Positions 1 through 14,800 of a stretch of 64,000 nucleotides of DNA are shown piece by piece (position 1 is the stretch's first letter; every line of letters starts with the position of its first letter). Both the position numbers and the translations under genes were made by a program. The notes below the pieces were generated by a model, which searched no databases, had not been told where the DNA came from, and was given only the letters and a program-made list of their open reading frames with translations. Source of the DNA: Neoechinorhynchus agilis (taxonomy: Eukaryota; Animalia; Acanthocephala); assembly GCA_051530055.1 (NCBI GenBank), contig CM121343.1, forward strand, positions 6,976,389 to 7,040,388. The letters run 5' to 3'.

Positions 1-1
1 A

Positions 2-2061
2 TGTCTTGGATGTCATGACGGCAGATTACGATTTTATGATCTGAATTATTGTTACGGACTATATTATTTCGTGCTTTTTGATGTTTATCCTGTAGTCGTT
101 GGTGGTTCGGTATTACAGGTTAGCATTCCGATCAAAATTATTTAAAGGAAGCTAATTTTGATTCGCTTGACCGTTGGGAAAACATGTTATTCTTTTTTAA
201 TATCATCCATACACGATTGAAATATTTCCCCTATTGTTGTTTTCCAATTTATCTTAAAATCTTAATGAAGTTCTACAATTTTTAGTGGTCAAAAGCAAGC
301 ATACATAATTTATAGTTTCTTCGACGCTCCTATTCATCGGCGCTTGCTTTTGGTTAAATAAAGCGTTTTAATTGAAAAAATTTTTAGTGGTAATAAGTTT
401 CGCTTCAAAATTTTGATTTTTTACGTGTTGCAATTAATGCCAAATTTAATGAACTTATTTTTGTTTCAATGAACCCATAAATCAATAATACTGCCGAGAA
501 GGATTAATAGTTTAAACCTGTTTTTACAGCACGGGTTTGTATTTATCAACTAATAAAAAGAAAGGAAATTCGGCTTTGCAACAGTGATTTTCATTAAACA
601 ATCGCTTCTTCTTCAACAGTTTGAATGGAAGTTTGAAAGAACAAAAGGAATCGCAGACGAGTGCTATTGTCACGGAGATGGTAGGGATGTTATTTATTCG
701 ATTGGTAGTGAGTACTGTGTTGCACGAACAACTATTTTCGAGGTTGTCATTATTATAAAGTCAATTACAAAAACTAGTTCTCTTTTAGCGAAGGCAATTA
801 AAACAATTTGTTGAATTAAATCTGAGACGTCATACGAGAATTGATCATTCATTATTAGGAAGAGATCATATATGTTAGAAAAATAATTTTTTTAAAGTAT
901 TAAACACACATTCTTAGGTTATTGTATCCGATTTGTCCTTCATTCGGATTACGAGTACGCGGTGGCTGCTATGTCCGGAGAAATATTCTTTGGTCATCGA
1001 TTGCTTTTCGACACCATTTTTCAAGTCTTGAATGTGTCCACCCCAGATACGCCTATCAACTTTTTTGATATCAATCGATTTGATCCCAATATTGTAGCCG
1101 TCATAACAGATCGTGATTGCCTGACATTGTGGGATCGAGCTTCCAAGTAAGGCTTTCAGATTTGCCGTATTTAAACTTAGATTTAATTGTTGAACGTTTT
1201 AACATTAGGCAAACGGTTTGTGAATTTCACTGCATTGGATTTTATTCAATCTTGCACCTATCGAAAATACACGCTTAATCTGTTCTTGGATTAGATTTCC
1301 TAGGAATTTATTTACTTATTTTCCGCAAACGTTCAACAGGGTTATTCATCACCTCAGATCTTAATGATTAAGACTCAGCAATTTAATATCCTAGCTTTAT
1401 TCTTCATTGGCGCTCTCGTTGCTTTTAGAGTTATTCATTAGCGAACCACTTTATTAAATAATTTTTCTTTAAGTTATGCAATCCATCGGATATGTCTTAA
1501 AATGAATGTAGTTTCTGATCTATGGTGGTCAACTCGTTGCTCAGCTCATTTGTATATAATAACGAATTATACGCTCATGTGTATTTTTGATTTTTCTCAA
1601 AATGCACTGAGTTACAACAGTAGTCGTAGAATAGAAGAAGGTTTTGTATTTCTTGGTCGAAAATTCGACCAGCAGTTTATCGCTGGTTGTGATGAAGAGT
1701 AAGTATCTAAAAATATTTAAAACATTTTTTAACGAGACATTTAGTTGCCGTGTGATTGTTTATTGCCATCCTATCAATTATTGTGAAGAAGGGCATATTT
1801 CTCAGCACTCTCTTTCTGGAATCGCTTTGTTAAGCACAACTGGAGCGCAACCACTCAAATTGTACAAATTTATCGATTATTTAAATGCTGGCGGTTAGTC
1901 GATTGCGTTGTTCAAAAGTCTCACTTTTCCATCGTTAAGGTGTGGTGTACAAATACGGACGGCATTTTGAAGTGCCCATCGAGTGCTATAACAGATTAAA
2001 TAATATTGAAGCCAAAATGAAACGTATTTTTAAAAAGTACAAAGGAATCACGGAATTTTAG
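2..2061 (+). CDS. WD40-repeat protein, axonemal dynein intermediate chain-like (closest recalled match WDR78/DNAI4); 5' part lies before the window
   Basis: Frame-consistent GT-AG exons: 2-50, 96-118, [unresolved], 620-742, 789-873, 918-1146, 1474-1698, 1745-1893, 1940-2061. Resolved introns are 44-46 nt except 1147-1473. Spliced peptide GDGRDVIYSIG...SLLGRDHICYCIRF...EYAVAAMSG...INFFDINRFDPNIVAVITDRDCLTLWD...VVSDLWWS...CIFDF...FIAGCDEDCRVIVY follows the block order of the DNAI1/DNAI4 C-terminal WD repeats as I recall them. Confidence 0.7.
290..378 (+). mobile_element. 89 bp 3'-end insertion of a CRE-like non-LTR retrotransposon with an internal inversion, in an intron of the WD40 gene
   Basis: Exact 13 bp direct repeat AATTTTTAGTGGT at 277-289 and 379-391. 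The insert matches the 3' end of the element at 43456-43535 in both orientations and ends TAATTG(A)6. Confidence 0.8.
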
Positions 2062-2850
2062 TTTTTTTTCCAAAAATTGCTTATTTGATTGATAAAACTT
2101 TTGTCTGAAGTAATCTTCTTGGAAATCAATTGTTCTTTGCATTTGACCTCTATACCCCCAAATGAAATCGACGATTTGAAAAAAATTACTTATTACTAAA
2201 GTGATGAAACGCATGTTGTGTGCTTTATTCGGAACAAAAATTATATTCGTTCAATTGATTGACGAGCGAATAGTTTTGAACTGAATTTTGGTAAAAAAGT
2301 ATCGACCTCTCCAAGCTTAAAAACATTGAAAAAATTATACTTAGAGTGTTAAATGAGAATCTGGATCATTTATTGGGTTTTGAGTAATTACAACACAATT
2401 TCACAACTCACAAAAAAATGTGCAATGAGTGACGATATGTGAGGTACCGGGTTTTATGATTAGAAAATAAATTGATGATGAACCCGACGAGGTTCGGAAC
2501 CCTAACAATAATTCAAACCGTCCAGTGAGATTGTTAGCTCAAGTTTAAAGCAAAAATGTGACCGTGGTCGTAGTACGATTAAAATGCGAATTTCTTTACA
2601 TTTAAATTCGGAGTTAAGTGCCAAGACTAAATTCTTTATTAAATCCTTTAACTATCGAAGATAACGCAATCACTGATTGGCAACTATTTTTGGCTGTTAT
2701 AATCACTTAAAGCATTTTATCCTCATGTTCTGCATAAATTTCGCAACAAAAGTAAAGCTTAGAAGGCATTCCTTGATCAGAGCAAAAGATGTACCGAATT
2801 CTATTATTAGTATTTTAAAGCCAAATCCGAAATGGTCAATTAAACTCCAT

Positions 2851-5800
2851 TTTAGGTTTTTGAATGGCATTTTTCAATGACCAGTTAAGTAACCGACCGG
2901 ATAGTCTCCGATTTTTTCAAAAGAACGCTCTTTCTAGACTAAAGAGAGGCTAATGACGGCATTAAAAACCTTAAAAGTAGTTCTATGCATGGAATTAACA
3001 CGATTTAAGTTTTTGAATGGCATTTTTCAATGACCAGTTAAGTAACGGACTGGATAGTCTCCGATTTTTTTCAAAAGAACGCTCTTTCTAGACTAAAGAG
3101 AGGATAATGATGGCATTAAAAACCTTAAAAGTAGTTCTATGCGTGGAATTAACACGATTTAAGTTTTTGAATGGCATTTTTCAATGACCAGTTAAGTAAT
3201 GGACCGGATAGTCTCCGATTTTTTTCAAAAGAACGCTCTTTCTAGACTAAAGAGAGGCTAATGATGGCATTAAAAACCTTAAAAGTAGTTCTATGCATGA
3301 ATTAACACGATTTAAGGAATTAACACGATTTAAGTTTTTGAATGGCATTTTTCAATGACCAGTTAAGTAGTGGACCGGATAGTCTCCGATTTTTTTCAAA
3401 AGAACGCTCTTTCTAGACTAAAGAGAGGATAATGATGGCATTAAAACTAAAAGTAGTCATGGAATCACGTTGTTTGGATTTAGACCATAGGACATAGTCT
3501 CTTTTTGAAGCCTTTTGACTAAAGAGAGATATGGTAAAAGTAGTTCTATGCATGGAATTAACACGATTTAAGTTTTTTAATGGCATCTTTCAATGACCAG
3601 TTAAGTAACGGACCAGATAGTCTCCGATTTTTTTCAAAAGAACGCTCTCTCTAGACTAAAGAGAGGCTAATGATGGTATTAAAAACCTTAAAAGTAGTTC
3701 TATGCATGGAATCAACACGATTTAATTTTTTGAGTGGCATTTTTCAATGACCAGTTAAGTAGTGGACCGGATAGTCTCCGATTTTTTTCAAAAGAACGCT
3801 CTTTCTAGACTAAAGAGAGAATAATGATGGCATTAAAAACCTTAAAATTAGTTCTATGAATGGAATTAACACGATTTAAGTTTTTGAATGGCATTTTTCA
3901 ATGACCAGTTAAGTAGTGGACCGGATAGTCTCCGATTTTATTCAAAAGAACGCTCTTTCTAGACTAAAGAGAGAATAATGATGGCATTAAAAACCTTAAA
4001 AGTAGCTCTATGCATGGAATCAACACGATTTAAGTTTTTGAGTGGTATTTTTCAATGACCAGTTAAGTAGTGGACCGGATAGTCTCCGATTTTATTCAAA
4101 AGAACGCTCTTTCTAGACTAAAGAGAGGATAATGATGGCATTAAAAACCTTAAAAGTAGTTCTATGCATGGAATTAACACGATTTAAGTTTTTGAATGGA
4201 ATTTTTTCATGACCAGTTAAGTAGTGGACCGGATAATCTCCGATTTTTTTCAAAAGAACGCTCTTTCTAGACTAAGAGAGGCTAATGATAGCATTAAAAA
4301 CCTTAAAAGTAGTTCTATGCATGGAATCAACACGATTTAAGTTTTTGAATGGCATCTTTCAATGACAAGTTAAGTAATGGACCGGATAGTCTCCGATTTT
4401 TTTCAAAAGAACGCTCTTTCTAGACTAAAGAGAGGATAATGATGGCATTAAAAACCTTAAAAGTAGTTCTATGCATGGAATCAACACGATTTAAGTTTTT
4501 GAATGGCATCTTTCAATGACAAGTTAAGTAGTGGACCGGATAATCTCCGATTTTTTTCAAAAGAACGCTCTTTCTAGACTAAAGAGAGGATAATGATGGC
4601 ATTAAAAACCTTAAAAGTAGTTCTATGCATGGAATTAACACGATTTAAGTTTTTGAATGGAATTTTTTAATGACCAGTTAAGTAGTGGACCGGATAATCT
4701 CCGATTTTTTTCAAAAGAACGCTCTTTCTAGACTAAAGAGAGGATAATGATAACATTAAAAACCTTAAAAGTAGTTCTATGCATGGAATTAACACGATTT
4801 AAGTTTTTGAATGGAATTTTTTAATGACCAGTTAAGTAGTGGACCGGATAATCTCCGATTTTTTCAAAAGAACGCTCTTTCTAGACTAAAGAGAGGATAA
4901 TGATGGCATTAAAAACCTTAAAAGTAGTTTTTTCCATGGAATTGACAAGATTTAAGTTCTTGAATGGCATTTTTCAATGACCAGTTAAGTAGTGGACCGG
5001 ATAGTCTCCGATTTTTTTCAAAAGAACGCTCTTTCTAGACTAAAGAGAGGCTAATGATGGCATTAAAAACCTTAAAAGTAGTTCTATGCATGGAATCAAC
5101 ACGATTTAAGTTTTTGAATGGCATCTTTCAATGACCAGTTTAGTAATGGACCGGATAGTCTCCGATTTTTTTCAAAAGAACGCTCTTTCTAGACTAAAGA
5201 GAGGATAATGATGGCATTAAAAACCTTAAAAGTAGTTCTATGCATGGAATTGACAAGATTTAAGTTTTTGAATGGCATTTTTCAATGACCAGTTAAGTAA
5301 CGGACCAGATAGTCTCCGATTTTATTCAAAAGAACGCTCTTTCTAGACTAAAGAGAGGCTAATGATGGCATTAAAAACATTAAAAGTAGTTCTATGCATG
5401 GAATTAACACGATTTAAGTTTTTGAATGGCACTTTTCAATGACCAGTTAAGTAACGGACCAGATAGTCTCCGATTTTATTCAAAAGAACGCTCTTTCTAG
5501 ACTAAAGAGAGGATAATGATGGCATTAAAAACCTTAAAAGTAGCTCTATGCATGGAATTGACAAGATTTAAGTTTTTGAATGGCATTTTTCAATGACCAG
5601 TTAAGTAGTGGACCGGATAGTCTCCGATTTTATTCAAAAGAACGCTCTTTCTAGACTAAAGAGGGGCTAATGATGGCATTAAAAACATTAAAAGTAGTTC
5701 TATGCATGGAATTAACACGATTTAAGTTTTTGAATGGCACTTTTCAATGACCAGTTAAGTAACGGACAAGATAGTCTCCGATTTTATTCAAAAGAACGCT

Positions 5801-8800
5801 CTTTCTAGACTAAAGAGAGGCTAATGATGGCATTAAAAACCTTTGATGTAGTTCTATGCACGGAATCAACACGATTTAAGTTTTTGAATGGCATCTTTCA
5901 ATGACCAGTTTAGTAATGGACCGGATAGTCTCCGATTTTTTTCAAAAGAACGCTCTTTCTAGACTAAAGAGAGGATAATGATGGCATTAAAAACCTTAAA
6001 AGTAGTTCTATGCATGGAATTGACAAGATTTAAGTTTTTGAATGGCATTTTTCAATGACCAGTTAAGTAGTGGACCGGATAGTCTCCGATTTTTTTCAAA
6101 AGAACGCTCTTTCTAGACTGAAGAGAGGCTAATGATGGCATTAAAACCCTTAAAAGTAGTTCTATGCATGGAATTAACACGATTTAAGTTTTTGAACGGA
6201 ATTTTTCAATGACCAGTTAAGTAGTGGAACGGATAATCTCCGATTTTTTTCAAAAGAACGAACTTTCTAGACTAAAGAGAGGCTAATGATGGCATAAAAA
6301 AACCTTAAAAGTAGTTCTATGCATGGAATTAACAAGATTTAAGTTTTTGAATGGAATTTTTCAATGACCAGTCAAGTAGTGGACCGGATAATCTCCGATT
6401 TTTTTCAAAAGAACGCTCTTTCTAGACTAAAGGGAGGATAATGACGGCATTAAAAACCTTAAAAGTAGTTCGATGCATGGAATTAACACGATTTTAGTTT
6501 TTGAATGGCATTTTTCATTGACGAGTTGAGAAACGGACCAGATAGTCTCCGATTTTATTCAAAAGAACGCTCTTTCTAGACTAAAGAGAGGATAATGACG
6601 GCATTAAAAACATTAAAAGTAGTTCTATGCGTAGAATTAACACGATTTAAGTTTTTGAATGGCATTTTTCAATGACCAGTTAAGTAACGGACCGGATAGT
6701 CTCCGATTTTTTCAAAAGAACGCACTTTCTAGACTAAAGAGAGGATAATGACGGCATTAAAAAACTTAAAAAGTAGTTCTATGCATGGAATTAACACGAT
6801 TTAAGTTTTTGAATGGCATTTTTCAATGACCAGTTAAGTAACGGACCAGATAGTCTCCGATTTTATTCGGCATATGACGCTCTTTCTAGACTAAAGAGAG
6901 GAAAATGACGGCATTAAAACCCTTAAAAGTAGTTCTATGCATGGAATTAACACGATTTAAGTTTTTGAATGGCATTTTTCAATGACCAGTTAAGTAACGG
7001 ATAGGATAGACTCCGATTTTATTCAAAAGAACGCTCTTTCTAGACTAAAGAGAGGCTAATGATGGCATTAAAAACCTTAAAAGTAGTTTTTTCCATGGAA
7101 TTGACAAGATTTAAGTTTTTGAATGGCATTTTTCAATGACCAGTTAAGTAACCATCGTCCTGATACTTCCGATTTTATTCAAAAGAACGCTCTTTCTAGA
7201 CTAAAGAGAGGCTAATGATGGCATTAAAACCTAAAGCAGTTCTATGCATGGAATTAACATGATTTAAGTTTTTGAATGGCATCTTTCAATGACCAGTTAA
7301 GTAATGGATCGGATAGTCTCCGATTTTATTCAAAAGAACGCTCTTTCTAGACTAAAGAGAGGGCTAATGATGGCATTAAAAAACTTAAAAGTTGTTCTAT
7401 GCATGGAATTAACACGATTTAAGTTTTTGAATGGCATTTTTCAATGACCAGTTAAGTAACGGACAAGATAGTCTCCGATTTTTTTTCAAAAGAACGCTCT
7501 TTCTAGACTAAAGAGAGGATATAGACGGCATTAAAACCCTTAAAAGTAGTTCTATGCATGGAATTAACACGATTTAAGTTTTTGAATGGCATTTTTCAAT
7601 GACCAGTTAAGTAACGGACAAGATAGTCTCCGATTTTTTTTCAAAAGAACGCTCTTTCTAGACTAAAGAGAGGCTAATGATGGCATTAAAAACCTTAAAA
7701 GCAGTTCTATGCATGGAATTAACACGATTTAAGTTTTTGAATGGCATTTTTCAATGACCAGTTAAGTAACGGACCAGATAGTCTCCGATTTTATTCAAAA
7801 GAACGCTCTTTCTAGACTAAAGAGAGGCTAATGATGGCATTAAAAACATTAAAAGTAGTTCTATGCATGGAATTAACACGATTTAAGTTTTTGAATGGCA
7901 CTTTTCAATGACCAGTTAAGTAACGGACCAGATAGTCTCCGATTTTATTCAAAAGAACGCTCTTTCTAGACTAAAGAGAGGCTAATGATGGCATTAAAAA
8001 CCTTTGATGTAGTTCTATGCATGGAATCAACACGATTTAAGTTTTTGAATGGCACTTTTCAATGACCAGTTAAGTAACGGACCAGATAGTCTCCGATTTT
8101 ATTCAAAAGAACGCTCTTTCTAGACTAAAGAGAGGCTAATGATGGCATTAAAAACCTAGACGTAGTTCTGCTACGGAATCAACACGATTTAAGCTTTGGA
8201 ATGGCATCTTTCAATGACCAGTTTAGTAATGGACCGGATAGTCTCCGATTTTTTTCAAAAGAACGCTCTTTCTAGACTAAAGAGAGGATAATGATGGCAT
8301 TAAAAACCTTAAAAGTAGTTCTATGCATGGAATTGACAAGATTTAAGTTTTTGAATGGCATTTTTCAATGACCAGTTAAGTAGTGGACCGGATAGTCTCC
8401 GATTTTTTTCAAAAGAACGCTCTTTCTAGACTGAAGAGAGGCTAATGATGGCATTAAAACCCTTAAGAGTAGTTCTATGCATGGAATTAACACGATTTAA
8501 GTTTTTGAACGGAATTTTTCAATGACCAGTTAAGTAGTGGAACGGATAATCTCCGATTTTTTTCAAAAGAACGCACTTTCTAGACTAAAGAGAGGCTAAT
8601 GATGGCATAAAAAACCTTAAAAGTAGTTCTATGCATGGAATTGACAAGATTTAAGTTTTTGAATGGCATTTTTCAATGACGAGTTGAGAAACGGACCAGA
8701 TAGTCTCCGATTTTATTCAAAAGAACGCTCTTTCTAGACTAAAGAGAGGATAATGACGGCATTAAAAACCTTAAAAGTAGTTTCATGCATAGAATTAACA

Positions 8801-11800
8801 CGATTTAAGTTTTTGAATGGCATTTTTCAATGACCAGTTAAGTAACGGACCGGATAGTCTCCGATTTTTTTCAAAAGAACGCTCTTTCTAGACTAAAGAG
8901 AGGATAATGACGGCATTAAAAACCTTAAAAGTAGTTCTATGCGTAGAAATAACACGATTTAAGTTTTTGAATGGCATTTTTCAATGACCAGTTAAGTAAC
9001 GGACCAGATAGTCCCCGATTTTATTCAAAAGAACGCTCTTTCTAGACTAAAGAGAGGATAATGATGGCATTAAAAACCTTAAAAGTAGTTCTATGGATGG
9101 AATTAACACGATTTAAGTTTTTGAATGGCATTTTTCAATGACCAGTTAAGTAGTGGACCAGATAGTCTCCGATTTTTTTCAAAAGAACGCTCTTTCTAGA
9201 CTAAAGAGAGGAAAATGACGGCATTAAAACCCTTAAAAGTAGTTCTATGCATGGAATTGACAAGATTTAAGTTTTTGAATGGCATTTTTCAATGACGAGT
9301 TGAGAAACGGACCAGATAGTCTCCGATTTTATTCAAAAGAACGCTCTTTCTAGACTAAAGAGAGGATAATGACGGCATTAAAAACCTTAAAAGTAGTTCT
9401 ATGCATGGAATTAACACGATTTAAGTTTTTGAATGGCATTTTTCAATGACCAGTTAAGTAACGGACCGGATAGTCTCCGATTTTTTCAAAAGAACGCACT
9501 TTCTAGACTAAAGAGAGGATAATGACGGCATTAAAAACCTAAAAAGTAGTTCTATGCATGGAATTAACACGATTTAAGTTTTTGAATGGCATTTTTCAAT
9601 GACCAGTTAAGTAACGGATCGGATAGACTCCGATTTTATTCAAAAGAACGCTCTTTCTAGACTAAAGAGAGGCTAATGATGGCATTAAAAACCTTAAAAG
9701 TAGTTTTTTCCATGGAATTGACAAGATTTAAGTTTTTGAATGGCATTTTTCAATGACCAGTTAAGTAACGGACCAGATAGTCTCCGATTTTATTCAAAAG
9801 AACGCTCTTTCTAGACTAAAGGAGGATAATGACGGCATTAAAAACCTTAAAAGTAGTTCTATGCATGGAATTAACACGATTTAAGTTTTTGAATGGCATT
9901 TTTCAATGACCAGTTAAGTAACGGACCAGATAGTCTCCGATTTTATTCAAAAGAACGCTCTTTCTAGACTAAAGAGAGGATAATGACGGCATAAAAAACC
10001 TAAAAAGTAGTTCTATGCATGGAATTAACACGATTTAAGTTTTTGAATGGCATTTTTCAATGACCAGTTAAGTAACGGATCGGATAGTCTCCGATTTTAT
10101 TCAAAAGAACGCTCTTTCTAGACTAAAGAGAGGCTAATGATGGCATTAAAAACCTTAAAAGTAGTTCTATGGATGGAATTAACACGATTTAAGTTTTTGA
10201 ATGGCATTTTTCAATGACCAGTTAAGTAGTGGACCAGATAGTCTCCGATTTTTTTCAAAAGAACGCTATTTCTAGACTAAAGAGAGGATAATGACGGCAT
10301 TAAAAACCTTAAAAGTAGTTCTATGGATGGAATTAACACGATTTAAGTTTTTGAATGGCATCTTTCAATGACCAGTTAAGTAATGGATCGGATAGTCTCC
10401 GATTTTATTCAAAAGAACGCTCTTTCTAGACTAAAGAGAGGATAATGACGGCATTAAAAACCTAAAAAGTAGTTCTATGCATGGAATTAACACGATTTAA
10501 GTTTTTGAATGGCATTTTTCAATGACCAGTTAAGTAACGGACCAGATAGTCTCCGATTTTTTTCAAAAGAACGCTCTTTCTAGACTAAAGAGGGGATAAT
10601 GATGGCATAAAAAACCTTAAAAGTAGTTCTATGCATGGAATTAACACGATTTAAGTTTTTGAATGGCATTTTTCAATGACCAGTTAAGTAACGGACCGGA
10701 TAGTCCCTGATTTTATTCAAAAGAACACTCTTTCTAGACTAAAGAGAGGATAATGATGGCATTAAAAACCTTAAAGTAGTTCTATGCATGGAATTAACAC
10801 GATTTAAGTTTTTGAATGGCATTTTTCAATGACCAGTTAAGTAACGGACAAGATAGTCTCCGATTTTTTTTCAAAAGAGCGCCTTCAGACTAAAGAGAGG
10901 TTAATGATGGCATTAAAAACCTTAAAAGTAGTTCTATGCATGGAATTAACACGATTTAGTTTTTGAATGGCATTTTTCAATGACCAGTTAAGTAACGGAT
11001 CGGATAGTCTCCGATTTTTTCAAAATAACGCTCTTTCTAGACTAAAGAGAGGATAATGATGGCATAAAAAACCTTAAAAGTAGTTCTATGCATGGAATTA
11101 ACACGATTTAAGTTTTTGAATGGCATTTTTCAATGACCAGTTAAGTAACGGACATGATAGTCTCCGATTTTTTTTCAAAAGAACGCTCTTTCTAGACTAA
11201 AGAGAGGCTAATGATGGCATAAAAAACCTAAAAAGTAGTTCTATGCATGGAATTAACACGATTTAAGTTTTTGAATGGCATTTTTCAATGACCAGTTAAG
11301 TAACGGACCAGATAGTCTCCGATTTTATTCAAAAGAACGCTCTTTCTAGACTAAAGAGAGGCTAATGATGGCATTAAAAACCTTAAAAGTAGTTTTTTCC
11401 ATGGAATTGACAAGATTTAAGTTTTCGAATGGAATTTTTCAGTGACCAGTTAAGTAACGGACCGGATAGTCCCTGATTTTATTCAAAAGAACGCTCTTTC
11501 TAGACTAAAGAGGGGCTAATGATGGCATTAAAAACCTTAAAAGTGGTTCTATGCATGGAATTAACACGATTTAAGTTTTTGAATGGCATTTTTCAATGAC
11601 CAGTTAAGTAACGGACCAGATAGTCTCCGATTTTTTTCAAAAGAACGCTCTTTCTAGACTAAAGAGAGGCTAATGATGGCATAAAAAACCTAAAAAGTAG
11701 TTCTATGCATGGAATTAACACGATTTAAGTTTTTGAATGGCATTTTTCAATGACCAGTTAAGTAAAGGACCAGATAGTCTCCGATTTTATTCAAAAGAAC

Positions 11801-14800
11801 GCTCTTTCTAGACTAAAGAGAGGCTAATGATGGCATTAAAAACCTTAAAAGTAGTTCTATGCATGGAATTAACACGATTTAGTTTTTGAATGGCATTTTT
11901 CAATGACCAGTTAAGTAACGGACCGGATAGTCCCCGATTTTATTATAAAGAACGCTCTTTCTAGACTAAAGAGGGGCTAATGATGGCATTGGAAACCTTA
12001 AAAGTAGTTCTATGCATGGAATTAACACGATTTAAGTTTTCGAATGGAATTTTTCAGTGACCAGTTAAGTAACGGACCGGATAGTCCCTGATTTTATTCA
12101 AAAGAACGCTCTTTCTAGACTAAAGAGAGGATAATGATGGAATTAAAAACCTTAAAAGTAGTTCTATGCATGGAATTAACACGATTTAAGTTTTTGAATG
12201 GCATTTTTCAATGACCAGTTAAGTAACGTACCGGATAGTCCCCGATTTTATTCAAAAGAACGCTCTTTCTAGACTAAAGAGAGGCTAATGACGGCATTAA
12301 AAACCTTAAAAGTAGTTCTATGCATGGAATTAACACGATTTAAGTTTTTGAATGGCGTTTTTCAATGACCAGTTAAGTAGTGAACCGGATTGTCTCCGAT
12401 TTTTTCAAGAGAACGCTCTTTCTAGACAAAAGAGAGGATAATGATGGTATTAAACCCAGTTCTATGCATGGAATTAAACATGATTTAAGTTTTTGAATGG
12501 AATTTTTCAATGACCAGTTAAGTAATGGATCGGATAGTCTCCGATTTTATTCAAAAGAACGCTCTTTCTAGACTAAAGAGAGGATAATGATGGCATTAAA
12601 AACCTTAAAAGTAGTTCTATGGATGGAATTAACACGATTTAAGTTTTTGAACGGAATTTTTCAATGACCAGTTAAGTAGTGGAACGGATAATCTCCGATT
12701 TTTTCAAAAGAACGCACTTTCTAGACTAAAGAGAGGCTAATGATGGCAATAAAACCCTTAAAAGTAGTTCTATGCATGGAATTAACACGATTTAAGTTTT
12801 TGAACGGAATTTTTCAATGACCAGTTAAGTAACGGACCGGATAGTCCCTGATTTTATTCAAAAGAACACTCTTTCTAGACTAAAGAGAGGATAATGATGG
12901 CATAAAAAACCTTAAAAGTAGTTCTATGCATGGAATTAACACGATTTAAGTTTTTGAATGGCATTTTTCAATGACCAGTTAAGTAACGGACAAGATAGTC
13001 TCCGATTTTATTCAAAAGAACGCTCTTTCTAGACTAAAGAGAGGATAATGATGGCATTAAAAACCTTAAAAGTAGTTCTATGGATGGAATTAACACGATT
13101 TAAGTTTTTGAATGGCATTTTTCAATGACCAGTTAAGTAACGGACCGGATAGTCCCTGATTTTATTCAAAAGAACGCTCTTTCTAGACTAAAGAGAGGAT
13201 AATGATGGCATAAAAAACCTTAAAAGTAGTTCTATGCATGGAATTAACACGATTTAAGTTTTTGAATGGCATTTTTCAATGACCAGTTAAGTAACGGACA
13301 AGATAGTCTCCGATTTTTTTTCAAAAGTACGCTCTTTCTAGACTAAAGAGAGGAAAATGACGGCATTAAAACCCTTAAAAGTAGTTCTATGCATGGAATT
13401 AACACGATTTAAGTTTTTGAATGGCATCTTTCAATGACCAGTTAAGTAATGGATCGGATAGTCTCCGATTTTATTCAAAAGAACGCTCTTTCTAGACTAA
13501 AGAGAGGATAATGATGGCATTAAAAACCTTAAAAGTAGTTCTATGGATGGAATTAACACGATTTAAGTTTTTGAACGGAATTTTTCAATGACCAGTTAAG
13601 TAGTGGAACGGATAATCTCCGATTTTTTCAAAAGAACGCTCTTTCTAGACTAAAGAGAGGATAATGATGGCATAAAAAACCTTAAAAGTAGTTCTATGCA
13701 TGGCATTAACACGATTTAAGTTTTTGAATGGCATTTTTCAATGACCAGTTAAGTAACGGACCAGATAGTCTCCGATTTTATTCAAAAGAACGCTCTTTCT
13801 AGACTAAAGAGAGGTTAATGACGGCATTAAAAACCTTAAAAGTGGTTCTATGCATGGAATTAACACGATTTAAGTTTTCGAATGGAATTTTTTCAGTGAC
13901 CAGTTAAGTAACGGACCGGATAGTCCCTGATTTTATTCAAAAGAACGCTCTTTCTAGACTAAAAAGAGGGGCTAATGATGGCATTAAAAACCTTAAAAGT
14001 GGTTCTATGCATGGAATTAACACGATTTAAGTTTTTGAATGGCATTTTTCAATGACCAGTTAAGTAACGGACCATATAGTTCTCGATTTTTTTCAAAAGA
14101 ACGCTTTCCTTTCTAGACTAAAGAGAGTTAATGATGGCATAAAAAACCTAAAAAGTAGTTCTATGCATGGAATTAACACGATTTAAGTTTTTGAATGGCA
14201 TTTTTCAATGACCAGTTAAGTAAAGGACCAGATAGTCTCCGATTTTATTCAAAAGAACGCTCTTTCTAGACTAAAGAGAGGCTAATGATGGCATTAAAAA
14301 CCTTAAAAGTAGTTCTATGCATGGAATTAACACGATTTAAGTTTTGGAATGGCATTTTTCAATGACCAGTTAAGTAACGGACCGGATAGTCTCCGATTTT
14401 ATTCAAAAGAACGCTCTTTCTAGACTAAAGAGAGGCTAATGATGGCATTAAAAACCTTAAAAGTAGTTCTATGCGTAGAAATAACACGATTTAAGTTTTT
14501 GAATGGCATTTTTCAATGACCAGTTAAGTAACGGACCGGATAGACTCCGATTTTATTCAAAAGAACGCTCTTTCTAGACTAAAGAGAGGATAATGACGGC
14601 ATTAAAAACCTTAAAAGTAGTTCTATGCATGGAATTAACACGATTTAAGTTTTCGAATGGAATTTTTCAGTGACCAGTTAAGTAACGTACCGGATAGTCC
14701 CCGATTTTATTCAAAAGAACGCTCTTTCTAGACTAAAGAGAGGCTAATGACGGCATTAAAAACCTTAAAAGTAGTTCTATGCATGGAATTAATGATTTCT

